From NCBI GenBank assembly GCA_965267575.1, contig OZ254086.1:2400001-2464000 (forward strand): DNA of 64,000 nucleotides, in the 5' to 3' direction. Shown here in pieces: positions 1 to 8,952 of the stretch (its first letter is position 1; each line of letters begins with the position of its first letter). The DNA comes from Calditrichales bacterium. Lineage in GTDB: Bacteria > Calditrichota > Calditrichia > Calditrichales > J004. The notes beneath the pieces are model-generated. The model did not search any database. It was not told where the DNA came from and saw only the letters and a list, made by a program, of their open reading frames with translations. The position numbers were made by a program, and so were the translations under genes.

Positions 1-781
1 CCTGGTCATGAATGGCGTCAAAAGCCGTGATCAGGTCGAACCGGTCATCAGGTGCCTCGTCCGAGAACCAGGTCAGGTCGCGCTGTTCAAAACGGACGTT
101 GTTCAGCCCCTCTTCGGCGGCCTCTTCCCGTGCAACCAGGATAGGCTCTTTACACAGGTCATAACCCGTAAAACGGCTGTTGGGATAGTGCTTTGCCATC
201 AGGTTCAGGGCCCGACCCATGCCACAGCCAACGTCCAGTACATGAATCCCTTTTTGCAGTTTTTCATGCAATCCGGGCACTAGCGGCAATATATCGCTGA
301 TGAGCGAGTGGCGCACCGATTGCCCGCTGTCTTCTGCCATGACGTCGTGAAAGCGGCCGAACTCTTCGTAGGCCACGCCGCCACCGTTTTTGAAACACTC
401 CAGTATGCGTTCTTCCACGGAACCGAGCAGCGGGATATATTGCGCAAATACACCGATGTTATCTGCTCCGGCCGCGCGGGTCAGAAAAGAGGCGTGCTCC
501 TGCGGCAGCCTGAACTCCGACCCTTTGCCGTTGCGCCGCGTTTCAACGATGCCGCCGGTTACCATGGCGCCAAGCCATTCACGCACATAGCGTTCGCTGA
601 GCCCGGCCTTTGCGGCGATCGCCTCGCTGCTGCCGTATTCCATTTCCGACATGGCGTCAAACAATCCGCTGCGGTGGCCGATGGAAGTCATCAGCGCCAG
701 GGCGCCCTTGTTGAGCATATCTACCAAATCTTCCGAAAAAGCTTCAGCGCGTTTGGCGTCCAAAGTATGTGCTAAACACAT
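1..781 (-). CDS. Class I SAM-dependent methyltransferase with N-terminal winged-helix (Rv2258c-like); runs off the left edge
   Basis: Not in the ORF track; translated by hand from ATG at 781 with SD AAGGAG: MCLAHTLDAKRAEAF...GHRSGLFDAM...ERYVREWLGAMVTGG...VLDVGCGMGRAL...FDLITAFDAIHDQ. Confidence 0.85.
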   Translation of the reverse strand, partial: MCLAHTLDAKRAEAFSEDLVDMLNKGALALMTSIGHRSGLFDAMSEMEYGSSEAIAAKAGLSERYVREWLGAMVTGGIVETRRNGKGSEFRLPQEHASFLTRAAGADNIGVFAQYIPLLGSVEERILECFKNGGGVAYEEFGRFHDVMAEDSGQSVRHSLISDILPLVPGLHEKLQKGIHVLDVGCGMGRALNLMAKHYPNSRFTGYDLCKEPILVAREEAAEEGLNNVRFEQRDLTWFSDEAPDDRFDLITAFDAIHDQ

Positions 782-863
782 GTCAATCTCCTTTGTTTTT
801 GTGTTTTACTGTCGCTTGCGGAATAATTATAGAGATATGAGCAGGAGCGTGAAACGTGGTAAA

Positions 864-913
864 TACGGTTTTTTGCGCGGGGCATTACGGTATGTGTACG
901 GTAATATTACGGT
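864..913. promoter_or_regulatory. Four phased TACGGT direct repeats; candidate operator of the neighbouring AAA-LuxR regulator
   Basis: TACGGT at 864, 886, 897 and 908 (spacings 22, 11, 11), just upstream of the methyltransferase. Confidence 0.55.
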
Positions 914-953
914 AGCGGGGGAGATCCAAGGGCAGATGATTATACAATGCCAG

Positions 954-1146
954 CGTCCCGGCAGGGACAAAACACGGGTTAGAACGGGGAACCAAAATTT
1001 TACAGCCTTGTGCCGTCAGGTTCAGCACCGGATGATTAAAGACATATAGGCCAAATTAAAGCCCGTATTAGCGCTGATATGGCGAACCTACGGTACGCCC
1101 CTAAAAACACATTTTCCGGCTACCTATTTGTTGTCCCTGCGGGACA
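954..1146. repeat. REP/REPIN-like palindromic element, family 1, copy 1 (about 193 bp)
   Basis: Ends GTCCCGGCAGGGACAA and TTGTCCCTGCGGGAC are inverted; inner hairpins GTGCCGTCAGGTTCAGCAC and GCGAACCTACGGTACGC; near-identical to 1284-1476. Confidence 0.85.
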
Positions 1147-1175
1147 TCGCAGTGTATAAATGAAGCCCTCTTGTT

Positions 1176-1230
1176 TCTGAACGCAGCAAAGAATCCTTTC
1201 CGGGCCAGCGGAGATCCTTCGCGATTCAGA
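1176..1230. repeat. Degenerate hairpin element of a different REP-like family
   Basis: TCTGAACGCAGCAAAGAATCC...GATCCTTCGCGATTCAGA imperfect inverted repeat between the two family-1 copies. Confidence 0.4.
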
Positions 1231-1283
1231 TTTTATCACACAGGGAGAGCCGATTACCTTTTTGCGAATAGTATTTGGTCAGC

Positions 1284-1476
1284 CGTCCCGGCAGGGACAA
1301 AACACGGGTAGAACGGAGGAACCAAAATTTTACAGCCTTGTGCCGTCAGGTACAGCACCGGATGATTAAAGACATATAGGCCAAATTAAAGCCCGTATTA
1401 GCGCTGATATGGCGAACCTACGGTACGCCCCTAAAAACACATTTTCCGGCAACCTATGTGTTGTCCCTGCGGGACA
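1284..1476. repeat. REP/REPIN-like palindromic element, family 1, copy 2
   Basis: Direct repeat of 954-1146 with only a few substitutions or indels. Confidence 0.85.
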
Positions 1477-1576
1477 CAGACGCGCATATAGTGCAAAACA
1501 TCTGTTCATAGCGTCAGCAATTTAATTCCACGGCTGAAATCGTGTCCCTACTGGTTTGTCGTGAAAACAATTGATG

Positions 1577-4444
1577 TTATTTGCCGGCGTTGTTCAGAAG
1601 CCCCAGTTCGCCTGCTTTGGCTACGGCTTCACTGCGGCTGCGGCAATCCAGGCGGTTAAGCAGGTTGGCCACATGCATCTCCACCGTACGCGGGCTTAAA
1701 AAAAGCTTATCGGCGATTTCCTTATTAGTAAGTCCGCCCGCAATCAGGTGGGCAATTTCGATCTGGCGTGATGTCAAACCTGTTTCGGCCTCTGCTTCTG
1801 CGTTCCGGCTCCTGCCTGTTGAAGAATCATGCTTTTTCAGCATGGCCGCTGCTTCCGCCGCACGTGGCCGGCAGCCCAGCGACCGGGCGATGTTTTGGCT
1901 GCTGCGCAGATGTTCCAGGCCTTTGTCGCTATCTCCTTCGGCGATGCACGCCAGCCCAAGGCGGTAATGAGCCAGGCTTTGCTCCAGCGGAACAGCCAGT
2001 TTTTCGAACTGCGCCAGCGCCTGTTCAAAGCGGGTTTGTGCTTCGTCATATTGTTTGTTCAGCATCGCCGATTCGCCCAGGGCAAAAGTGATTGTCGCCA
2101 ACACCTCGGCGTTGCCCGCCTGGGTTGAAGCTTCACTGAGAGCGCTGATGCACATGGCCAGTTCTTTTTCTTTGCCGTTGTTGGCGAAAAACGTTGAAGC
2201 GGCGCATATGGCAGGCAGCGTATCGTGCGCGTCATTCAGCTTTTCCCGCCAGTCCAGCAGAGCAAGATAATGTTGAAAGGCAGAATCGGCCTCTCCGTTT
2301 TGCTCGGCAAGAATAGCCTGCCCCCAGTGATTTAGCGGCTCCATAAGCTGCAGTTTGTCACGGCGCGACAGTTCCAAAGCTTCGCCAAGATATTTTTGCG
2401 CTTGCCTGTTCTCGCCCCTGTGGGCAGAGATAAGTCCCATCGTCGCCAGCGCCACGCCTCTTCCGGATATGTTATCTTCCCCGGCCACGCGCCGACACAC
2501 CGCCAGCGCCTGTTTCCATTCGCCGGTGCGGAACAGCACGTAGGACATGCAGCTCAGGCAGAGGCGGGCAAGGGCGTCTTCGCCCTGGTTTTCGCAGTAG
2601 TTGATGGCGGTAAAATAGGCTTCCCGCGATGCCTTGTAGCGCGAGGCATATTCCAGCGTGGAACCCAGCCGGCGGTAAACTTCCGGGGTGGCGGCGGTCA
2701 GGTTTTGCTCCAGCGCCAGGGAGAGGCCGGCATTGACTGTTTTAAGTCCTTCTTCGGAGCGCCCTAAAATGGAGAGGACATTACCTTTTAGCGCCAGGGC
2801 TTTGGCTTTCACATCCCAGTTTTTAGCCGCTTCCGCCTGTTCCATCGCGCGATCGCATAGCTGCAGGGCCTGCTCCAGCCTGTTCATACCGGTGTGCCGT
2901 GCCGCCAGCGCCAGCCAGTCTTCCGCGGCCTCATCCGCGTCGCCGGCCTGTTCAAAAGCTTCCGCCGCACGCAGGCGCAGGGCGTTGGCATCTTCCCAGA
3001 CGCCCAGCAGGCCATAAACCGTAGCCAGGGCGCGCAGGGTTTCGGCTAGACGCATTTTGTCTTGCTGCACGGGCTTGCTGCCCAGCAATTCGCTCAGCGC
3101 TTTGGCTGCCTCACGCAGCTGACCGCTTATTTGCGCGCAATGGGCCATCTCCTGCAGGGCGTTCAGACGTTTCTCTTCATCTTCACCCGGCGGCCAGATA
3201 TCCAGGGCGCGGCGGGCATATCCGGCCGCATCACCGTAAGCGTAAACCGTGCAGGAATGACGCGCGCAATCCATCAACGCGTAACGGGCTTTATCATCGC
3301 GCTGGGCCTCCAGCCAGTGTTCGGCCACCCGCTGCGCTGCGGCATTTTTTGATTCCAGGTACTGCGCCACGCGGGAGTTAAGTCCTCGCCGTGCCGTCCA
3401 GCCAATCGCGCCGTAAACAGCCTCCCTGGTGAGGTTGTGCCGGAAAACCGCCTTGCCGCCCTCCTTCTCGATCAGCAATCCGCGTTCCAGCAGTTCATTA
3501 AGTCCGTGGTCATGGCCGCAAATATCGATAAGCTCCTGCAGTTGCGGCTCAACACCCAGAACCGCGGCCACGTCCAGCTGACGGCGGGCTTCTTCGGACA
3601 GGCCGTCCATCTTCAGCAGGATCGCGTCGCGCAGGCTTTCGGGCATGGGTACGCTGCTGCCCGGCACCAGAACAACGCCCCGGTCGCCGCTTTTCAGCAG
3701 ATTGCGTTCGCGCAATACGGCGGCCAGTTCTTCAATAAACAGGGCAATACCCTGGGTTTTTTTGGTGATGGAGGAGACGAGCTCCGCGGATGGCGTTTCG
3801 CCCAAAATGGATTCCAGCAGCAGGGCCGTCTGTGCTGTGTTGAAGGGTTGCAGAGAGATTTCATTAAGCCGTCGGCGCCGGCGCAGTTCATGGCGCAACC
3901 AGCGCAGGCGGTGACCCTGTGGCATCTCGTCGCTGCGGTAGGTGCCCAGAACCATCAGCGGCAGGTGCCGCAAACGGTCGTCCAGCAAAAGCAGAAATTC
4001 GAGCGTGGCCTGATCGGCCCAGTGCAGATCGTCCAGAAAAAGCACGGCTGGCGCCTGTGCGGCCATGCGGCTCAGCGCTTCGATCAGTGCCTCGTTCAGC
4101 GTGGCCGAATCGACCTTTTCCGGAGCCTGGCCAAGCTCCGGCAATAGCAGGGAAAGATATTCGCCCAGAGACCCGCCGGCCAGATTGTTTTTTGTGTCGC
4201 GCAGGCGGTAATCGCGCAAAACAGCGCACACGGGGCCGTAAGGGGCATTGCTGTCGCCCGGCGCCCGGCCGCTGAATACCTGCATGGCACAATCGGCCAA
4301 AGCCTCTTCAGCAAGGCGCGTTTTACCCAGCCCGGCTTCACCGCTCAGCAGAACGATGCCGCCATGACCGCCGCGCGCCGTCTCAAAAGCTTGCTGCAGT
4401 TGCTCAAGTTCTTCCCTGCGCCCTATAAGTTGATCTGATTGCAT
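1577..4444 (-). CDS. Large ATP-binding LuxR-family regulator (AAA/STAND ATPase + TPR-like helices + LuxR HTH)
   Basis: Walker A GEAGLGKT, Walker B LFLDDLHWAD, C-terminal LTSRQIEIAHLIAGGLTNKEIADKLFLSPRTVEMHVANL. Confidence 0.92.
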   Translation of the reverse strand: MQSDQLIGRREELEQLQQAFETARGGHGGIVLLSGEAGLGKTRLAEEALADCAMQVFSGRAPGDSNAPYGPVCAVLRDYRLRDTKNNLAGGSLGEYLSLLLPELGQAPEKVDSATLNEALIEALSRMAAQAPAVLFLDDLHWADQATLEFLLLLDDRLRHLPLMVLGTYRSDEMPQGHRLRWLRHELRRRRRLNEISLQPFNTAQTALLLESILGETPSAELVSSITKKTQGIALFIEELAAVLRERNLLKSGDRGVVLVPGSSVPMPESLRDAILLKMDGLSEEARRQLDVAAVLGVEPQLQELIDICGHDHGLNELLERGLLIEKEGGKAVFRHNLTREAVYGAIGWTARRGLNSRVAQYLESKNAAAQRVAEHWLEAQRDDKARYALMDCARHSCTVYAYGDAAGYARRALDIWPPGEDEEKRLNALQEMAHCAQISGQLREAAKALSELLGSKPVQQDKMRLAETLRALATVYGLLGVWEDANALRLRAAEAFEQAGDADEAAEDWLALAARHTGMNRLEQALQLCDRAMEQAEAAKNWDVKAKALALKGNVLSILGRSEEGLKTVNAGLSLALEQNLTAATPEVYRRLGSTLEYASRYKASREAYFTAINYCENQGEDALARLCLSCMSYVLFRTGEWKQALAVCRRVAGEDNISGRGVALATMGLISAHRGENRQAQKYLGEALELSRRDKLQLMEPLNHWGQAILAEQNGEADSAFQHYLALLDWREKLNDAHDTLPAICAASTFFANNGKEKELAMCISALSEASTQAGNAEVLATITFALGESAMLNKQYDEAQTRFEQALAQFEKLAVPLEQSLAHYRLGLACIAEGDSDKGLEHLRSSQNIARSLGCRPRAAEAAAMLKKHDSSTGRSRNAEAEAETGLTSRQIEIAHLIAGGLTNKEIADKLFLSPRTVEMHVANLLNRLDCRSRSEAVAKAGELGLLNNAGK

Positions 4445-4557
4445 TTTTCTTTAGTTTTTTTTGCACACATTTACGTTAAAAGCGCTGTAAGTTTCGTTTA
4501 AACCTTTGTGGTTTTTGTCCCGTTTAACATAAATTGCAGAAAACACAAAGGAGAGAG

Positions 4558-5040
4558 ATGCTACGCATTTTTAGCGCGATGGCTTTTATGCTGCTGTTTG
4601 TTTCGTGCGACTGGATCGTGAGCGAAAGTTCTGAAAACGACGGTCCCGGAAGATTACCGGACGAGGTGCTGTCTGCCGTTGAGGATACTGTTCTCGTTGA
4701 AGGAAAGCAACTGTTTCTGGACACCTACCTGAACCGCGATTTCATGCCGGTGGCGCCGCCGGACGGGCAGGATATGTACGTCGTTATCCGCTTTCTCGTC
4801 GCGGACAGCGGCGCGCTGCCGGCGGACCTTCACGCCGATGCTGTCTGGGTGATCGACAGTTTGCGGCAATGGGATGCCTGGCTGAAACAGGAAGATCCGC
4901 AGCGCCGGGAATGGGTCGCCCGCGACGGACCTAAATGGGAGCCGGGGCTGGCTGTGGATGTGGTGGTCCGGTTTTTTGATGCTCAGCAGACACGTTATTA
5001 TCTCATTGCCCGCAACCAGATCATAGAAAGGACCGATTGA
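4558..5040 (+). CDS. Hypothetical lipoprotein
   Basis: ATG 4558 after AAGGAG; signal peptide with lipobox LFVS-C. Confidence 0.7.
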   Translation: MLRIFSAMAFMLLFVSCDWIVSESSENDGPGRLPDEVLSAVEDTVLVEGKQLFLDTYLNRDFMPVAPPDGQDMYVVIRFLVADSGALPADLHADAVWVIDSLRQWDAWLKQEDPQRREWVARDGPKWEPGLAVDVVVRFFDAQQTRYYLIARNQIIERTD

Positions 5041-5945
5041 TACATTCCACGCTGCTAACACTTGCACCGACGCCGCCGTTCGATTTTGTTGCCGCTGTCC
5101 ATTCGCACGGCTGGTCTGTTCTGGCGCCCAATAGCTGGAATGAAGACAAAGCTGTTCTTAGCAGGATTGAACCGTTGCCCGGCGGCGCTGTTGTGCGGCT
5201 TTCCATCAGCGGCCACGGCGATTACAGCGCGCCCACGCTGGAAATTATGGTGGAGCATGATGTTCCCCTGACCCGTGCGAACCGTGAAAGCATTCTGCAA
5301 AAAGTTTCGCACATGCTGCGCCTGGATGAAGATTACAGTGAATTCTACCGCGCCTGTGCGGGAAAGGGCGATCCCTGGGAAAAACTGTCCCATGGGCTGG
5401 GACGCCTGTTGCGCTCGCCATCCCTGTTTGAAGATATCGTAAAAACCATCTGCACAACCAATATTCAGTGGGGCGGTACAAAGCGCATGGTGCAGGGGCT
5501 GGTGGATGGCTTCGGCGAATCCTTTCCGGGCGATGCGGCGCTCAAGACCTTTCCTGCAACGGAAAAACTGGCGGGAATCAGCGAAAAAGAGCTTACGGCT
5601 AACGTGAATCTGGGCTACCGTACGCCGTACGTGCTGGAACTGGCGCAGCGCGTGGCTTCCGGCGATCTCGACCTGTACGGTTTTAACGATCCGGATTTAA
5701 CGACCGACGAACTGGCCAAAAAGCTGCAGGCCATCAAAGGTATCGGGCCCTATGCCACGGCCTCTTTGCTGATGCTGCTGGGCCATTACGACCGCATCCC
5801 GCTGGATACCGTTTACCGCGCTTTTGTACGCGAACGCTATTTCAAAGGCCGCAACGTGCAGGATAAAAAGCTGCTCTCCGTTTACGACAAATGGGGCCGC
5901 TGGAAAGGCCTGGCCTACTGGTTTGAAATGTGGCTGGAAGGATAG
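5037..5945 (+). CDS. HhH-GPD DNA glycosylase (AlkA/OGG1-like)
   Basis: RSPSLFEDIVKTICTTN, LGYR, HhH IKGIGPYATA, downstream PLDT Asp; start overlaps the upstream stop. Confidence 0.85.
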   Translation: MIHSTLLTLAPTPPFDFVAAVHSHGWSVLAPNSWNEDKAVLSRIEPLPGGAVVRLSISGHGDYSAPTLEIMVEHDVPLTRANRESILQKVSHMLRLDEDYSEFYRACAGKGDPWEKLSHGLGRLLRSPSLFEDIVKTICTTNIQWGGTKRMVQGLVDGFGESFPGDAALKTFPATEKLAGISEKELTANVNLGYRTPYVLELAQRVASGDLDLYGFNDPDLTTDELAKKLQAIKGIGPYATASLLMLLGHYDRIPLDTVYRAFVRERYFKGRNVQDKKLLSVYDKWGRWKGLAYWFEMWLEG

Positions 5946-5946
5946 T

Positions 5947-6026
5947 GTGCCGGCGTGCTGAAGTACTAGAGTGTTAATGTGCTCAAATGTTCAGACTCTT
6001 CAATTCTTAATTTCTAATTCTTAATT
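5947..6026. repeat. Degenerate tandem octamers (GTGYTNNN x6) followed by heptamers (YYYAATT x4)
   Basis: GTGCCGGC GTGCTGAA GTACTAGA GTGTTAAT GTGCTCAA ATGTTCAG then TTCAATT CTTAATT TCTAATT CTTAATT. Confidence 0.6.
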
Positions 6027-6095
6027 CCGTACCTGTTTGCGCTGATTACGCCGTTTGTCTTAATTTTCATCCTCATTTATAAAGGAACCTCGCAG

Positions 6096-7163
6096 ATGCC
6101 ATTAAAAATCGCGCATGACGGCCCGACCACCGGTGTCATCTCTTATCTGGCCGGAAAACTGTGGCTGTGGATTTTCCGCTGGAAAGTAGAAGCCAATATT
6201 CCAAAAGGGGGCAAATGCCTGCTCATCGCCGCGCCGCACACCAGCAACTGGGATTTGATGTTCATGCTGGCCGCGACAAATACGCTGCGCCTTAGCGTCT
6301 CCTGGGTGGGCAAACACACCATTTTCAAAAAGCCGTTCGATCGCCTTATGCGCAGCTGGGGCGGCGTACCGATTGACCGCGGCAAACCACAGGGCGTGGT
6401 GGAACAGCTGGCCGATGAATTCCGCAAGCGTGACAAGCTTGTTCTGGTGATCGCGCCGTCGGGAACACGCAAAAAAGTGGCTTTCTGGAAATCCGGCTTT
6501 TACCGCGTGGCGCTGCGGGCGGGTGTTCCGCTTTCCTGCGGATTCCTGGATTACAAGAGGCGCATTGCCGGGCTTGGGCTGAGCTTTATGCCCAGCGGCG
6601 ATGTGGCCAAAGACATGCAGCGTATCCGCGATTTTTACGCAGACATGACCGGCAAATACCCCGAACACACTTCGCCGCCCCGCCTGAAGGAAGAGCAGCC
6701 GCTTTTCCTGGAGCCTTTTGAAAAAAAACATCTGCCGGCACTTATGTCCTGGTTCACCGATGAAAAAGCCTTGCGGCAATGGGGCGGACCCAAAATGCGC
6801 TATCCTTTCGATGAAAAAAGTTTTTGGGAAGATCTTGACCTGCCGCGCTGGCAAAGCTGGTCTTTGCTGGATGAGAAGGATAACCTTGTCGGTTTCGGAC
6901 AGGTCACGGAGCGCTTCGGGCGTCATCACCTGGGCCGCCTGGTGGTGGATCCGCGGCAGCGCGGAAAAGGCTTTGGTCTGCGGCTGGTGGAAATGCTGAT
7001 GGAGAATGCGCGTAAGGAGGCCGCGGACAAAGAATTTGGCTTGTACGTCTATCCCCAAAACATACCCGCTTTTCGCTGCTATCTTGCTTTGGGTTTTAGA
7101 AATCAACCCGATCCGAGCGGCGGCGCGTTGCCGGAAAGCGTTTACATGGTCAGGCCTGCCTGA
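6096..7163 (+). CDS. PlsC-like lysophospholipid acyltransferase fused to a GNAT acetyltransferase
   Basis: N-half APHTSNWD (HxxxxD) and APSGTR; C-half RLVVDPRQRGKGFG and NIPAFRCY GNAT motifs. Confidence 0.82.
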   Translation: MPLKIAHDGPTTGVISYLAGKLWLWIFRWKVEANIPKGGKCLLIAAPHTSNWDLMFMLAATNTLRLSVSWVGKHTIFKKPFDRLMRSWGGVPIDRGKPQGVVEQLADEFRKRDKLVLVIAPSGTRKKVAFWKSGFYRVALRAGVPLSCGFLDYKRRIAGLGLSFMPSGDVAKDMQRIRDFYADMTGKYPEHTSPPRLKEEQPLFLEPFEKKHLPALMSWFTDEKALRQWGGPKMRYPFDEKSFWEDLDLPRWQSWSLLDEKDNLVGFGQVTERFGRHHLGRLVVDPRQRGKGFGLRLVEMLMENARKEAADKEFGLYVYPQNIPAFRCYLALGFRNQPDPSGGALPESVYMVRPA

Positions 7164-7260
7164 AATACGGCCCGCTGAAAAAGAGCTCCCGGCCCGTGTT
7201 TTTCTTAGTGACTTTATGTAGATTAAGGTTAATACCATATCCGCCGTGGAGGCAATCACG

Positions 7261-8307
7261 ATGTTAACGTACGATAAATATCTGATACCACTATTCGTCT
7301 TTTTGGTTTTCAATCCAATTTCGGGCTGTTCCCAGGTTTCCGAACCCGCCAGCGCTGAGCCGCACAATTTTGTTGTAGCAGAGGACATCGAATGGGCCCG
7401 GCCGCAAGGCCACATTCTTACGATGGACATTTATACGCCGGCCACAGGAAAGGAGAGTTATCCTGTACTGGTTATTTTTCATGGTGGTGGCTGGCTGATA
7501 AACGACAATTCAATTATGAAGGATATGTCGGAGTATATTGCGTCGCATTCAGAGTATGTGGTTTGCAACGTAAACTATCGCCTCCTCGGCGACAATGGAA
7601 ATACAGTTACGATGAACCAGATAATCGAAGATGCTATTGGTGCCGTATTGTGGGTTATGGATAATATATCAGCCTACAAAGGAAATCCGCTTAAGCTGAT
7701 AGTTACCGGTGATAGCGCAGGAGGCCATTTGGCTGCTATGGTGGTACTGGCAAGCCACAAGCTCGAAGCAGACGGATTTCAAGGATCTACACTCGGGTAC
7801 AAGCCCACGTACCTGCCCGCGGGAAAGACAATCGCTGAAATCACGGCGGAAGCTCTGCCAATTAAGGCGGCAATCTTAAGCTACGCAGCTTATGATATCT
7901 ATGCTTCGGCGCTTAATGGATTCGAGAACGCGAGCAATTTTTTCTGGAATATGGCCGGTGTCCAAGCGCGAGGTATTTTCGGGGCGGGAATTAATGTTCA
8001 GGATAATCCGGCATATTATAAGGCTGTTTCACCGGTTTACAATATTCCGGAGGCCAGTGAACGCCACCTGCCCCCGCATCTGTGTACCGCCGGTTCCCGC
8101 GATAACCTGATCACACCGCAAATTGTGCAGAGCTATGTCAATATGCTTAAGGACAAAGGACACGAGGCGGAATATTGGGAGCATGAAGGAAGGCCTCATG
8201 CTTTTCTGGACAGCGGGAGTAATGAATTCTTGGATATTGAGTTTACGAAGGACGCCGTACCGGCCATCCGGAAAATGATCGAATTTTTGGACAAAACAAT
8301 CAAATAA
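7261..8307 (+). CDS. Exported alpha/beta hydrolase (HSL-like esterase), probable lipoprotein
   Basis: HGGGW oxyanion motif, GDSAG nucleophile, C-terminal HAF; ISG-C lipobox. Confidence 0.88.
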   Translation: MLTYDKYLIPLFVFLVFNPISGCSQVSEPASAEPHNFVVAEDIEWARPQGHILTMDIYTPATGKESYPVLVIFHGGGWLINDNSIMKDMSEYIASHSEYVVCNVNYRLLGDNGNTVTMNQIIEDAIGAVLWVMDNISAYKGNPLKLIVTGDSAGGHLAAMVVLASHKLEADGFQGSTLGYKPTYLPAGKTIAEITAEALPIKAAILSYAAYDIYASALNGFENASNFFWNMAGVQARGIFGAGINVQDNPAYYKAVSPVYNIPEASERHLPPHLCTAGSRDNLITPQIVQSYVNMLKDKGHEAEYWEHEGRPHAFLDSGSNEFLDIEFTKDAVPAIRKMIEFLDKTIK

Positions 8308-8325
8308 ACAATTAGGGGAGGCCTC

Positions 8326-8646
8326 ATGTATAAACTCAAAAAAATCGATATCGGCAGTGTAGCGATCTATTCCTTTATAATGTTTCTGATACTGGGTGTC
8401 GTGATCATGCTCCCGGCCTGGTTTTTCAGCCAGCTGGCATCGTCGTTTTCCCCGGAACCAATGACCGATCAGCCCGGTTTTCCCGGCATCTTCGGTGGAT
8501 TTTTCTTTATCGCAATACCACTTTTTTACGCCGTTTTCGGTACGTTGATGAATGTGATCATCGTTTTTGTCTACAATGTAATTTCCATACGCTACGGCGG
8601 CATTAAGATAGAATTAAATAAAACGGACGAAGAAAATGGCTTATGA
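8326..8646 (+). CDS. Small membrane protein (2 TM, DUF3566-like)
   Basis: Strong SD GGGGAGG; two hydrophobic helices; YNVIS...GGIKIEL ending. Confidence 0.7.
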   Translation: MYKLKKIDIGSVAIYSFIMFLILGVVIMLPAWFFSQLASSFSPEPMTDQPGFPGIFGGFFFIAIPLFYAVFGTLMNVIIVFVYNVISIRYGGIKIELNKTDEENGL

Positions 8647-8935
8647 AATGCTGGTCGCCATGTGGATTGAAAACGATGAAGCGTACCAGAATTACCGTAA
8701 CGCCATGGCCCCGATCCTTACCGGTTACGGCGGCGGGTTTGGCTACGATTTCCGCATTGCCGAAGTCCTGAAGTCACAAAGCGACCACCCGATCAACCGC
8801 GTTTTTACCATCTATTTTAAAGATGAAGCGGCAAAGGAGGACTTTTTTACCAACCCCGATTATCTCGAAATCAAGAAGCGCTATTTTGAGGGTGTGGTAA
8901 AAGGAACAACGATTATCGCAACTTACCGGCGCTGA
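8636..8935 (+). CDS. DUF1330-family protein
   Basis: YQNYRNAMAPILTGYGG...FFTNPDYLEIK pattern. Confidence 0.78.
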   Translation: MAYEMLVAMWIENDEAYQNYRNAMAPILTGYGGGFGYDFRIAEVLKSQSDHPINRVFTIYFKDEAAKEDFFTNPDYLEIKKRYFEGVVKGTTIIATYRR

Positions 8936-8952
8936 CCGGGAAGGATAAAAAA

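Noticed and set aside
8..1049. Plus-strand ORFs 8..283, 308..775 and 651..1049
   Set aside because: Antisense shadows of the minus-strand methyltransferase that the track missed because it runs off the window; the last one also reads into a REP element.
954..1476. Repeats as a CRISPR array or tRNA/ncRNA genes
   Set aside because: Only two long units, no repeat-spacer periodicity, no cas genes, and no cloverleaf or T-loop motif.
4499..4527. TAAACC-N16-CGTTT as another target promoter of the ECF sigma
   Set aside because: The spacing fits but both boxes deviate from TGAAACCG/CTGTCTTA; too weak without a genome-wide model.
6102..7430. 442-aa minus-strand ORF
   Set aside because: Antisense to two motif-bearing genes and has no motifs of its own.
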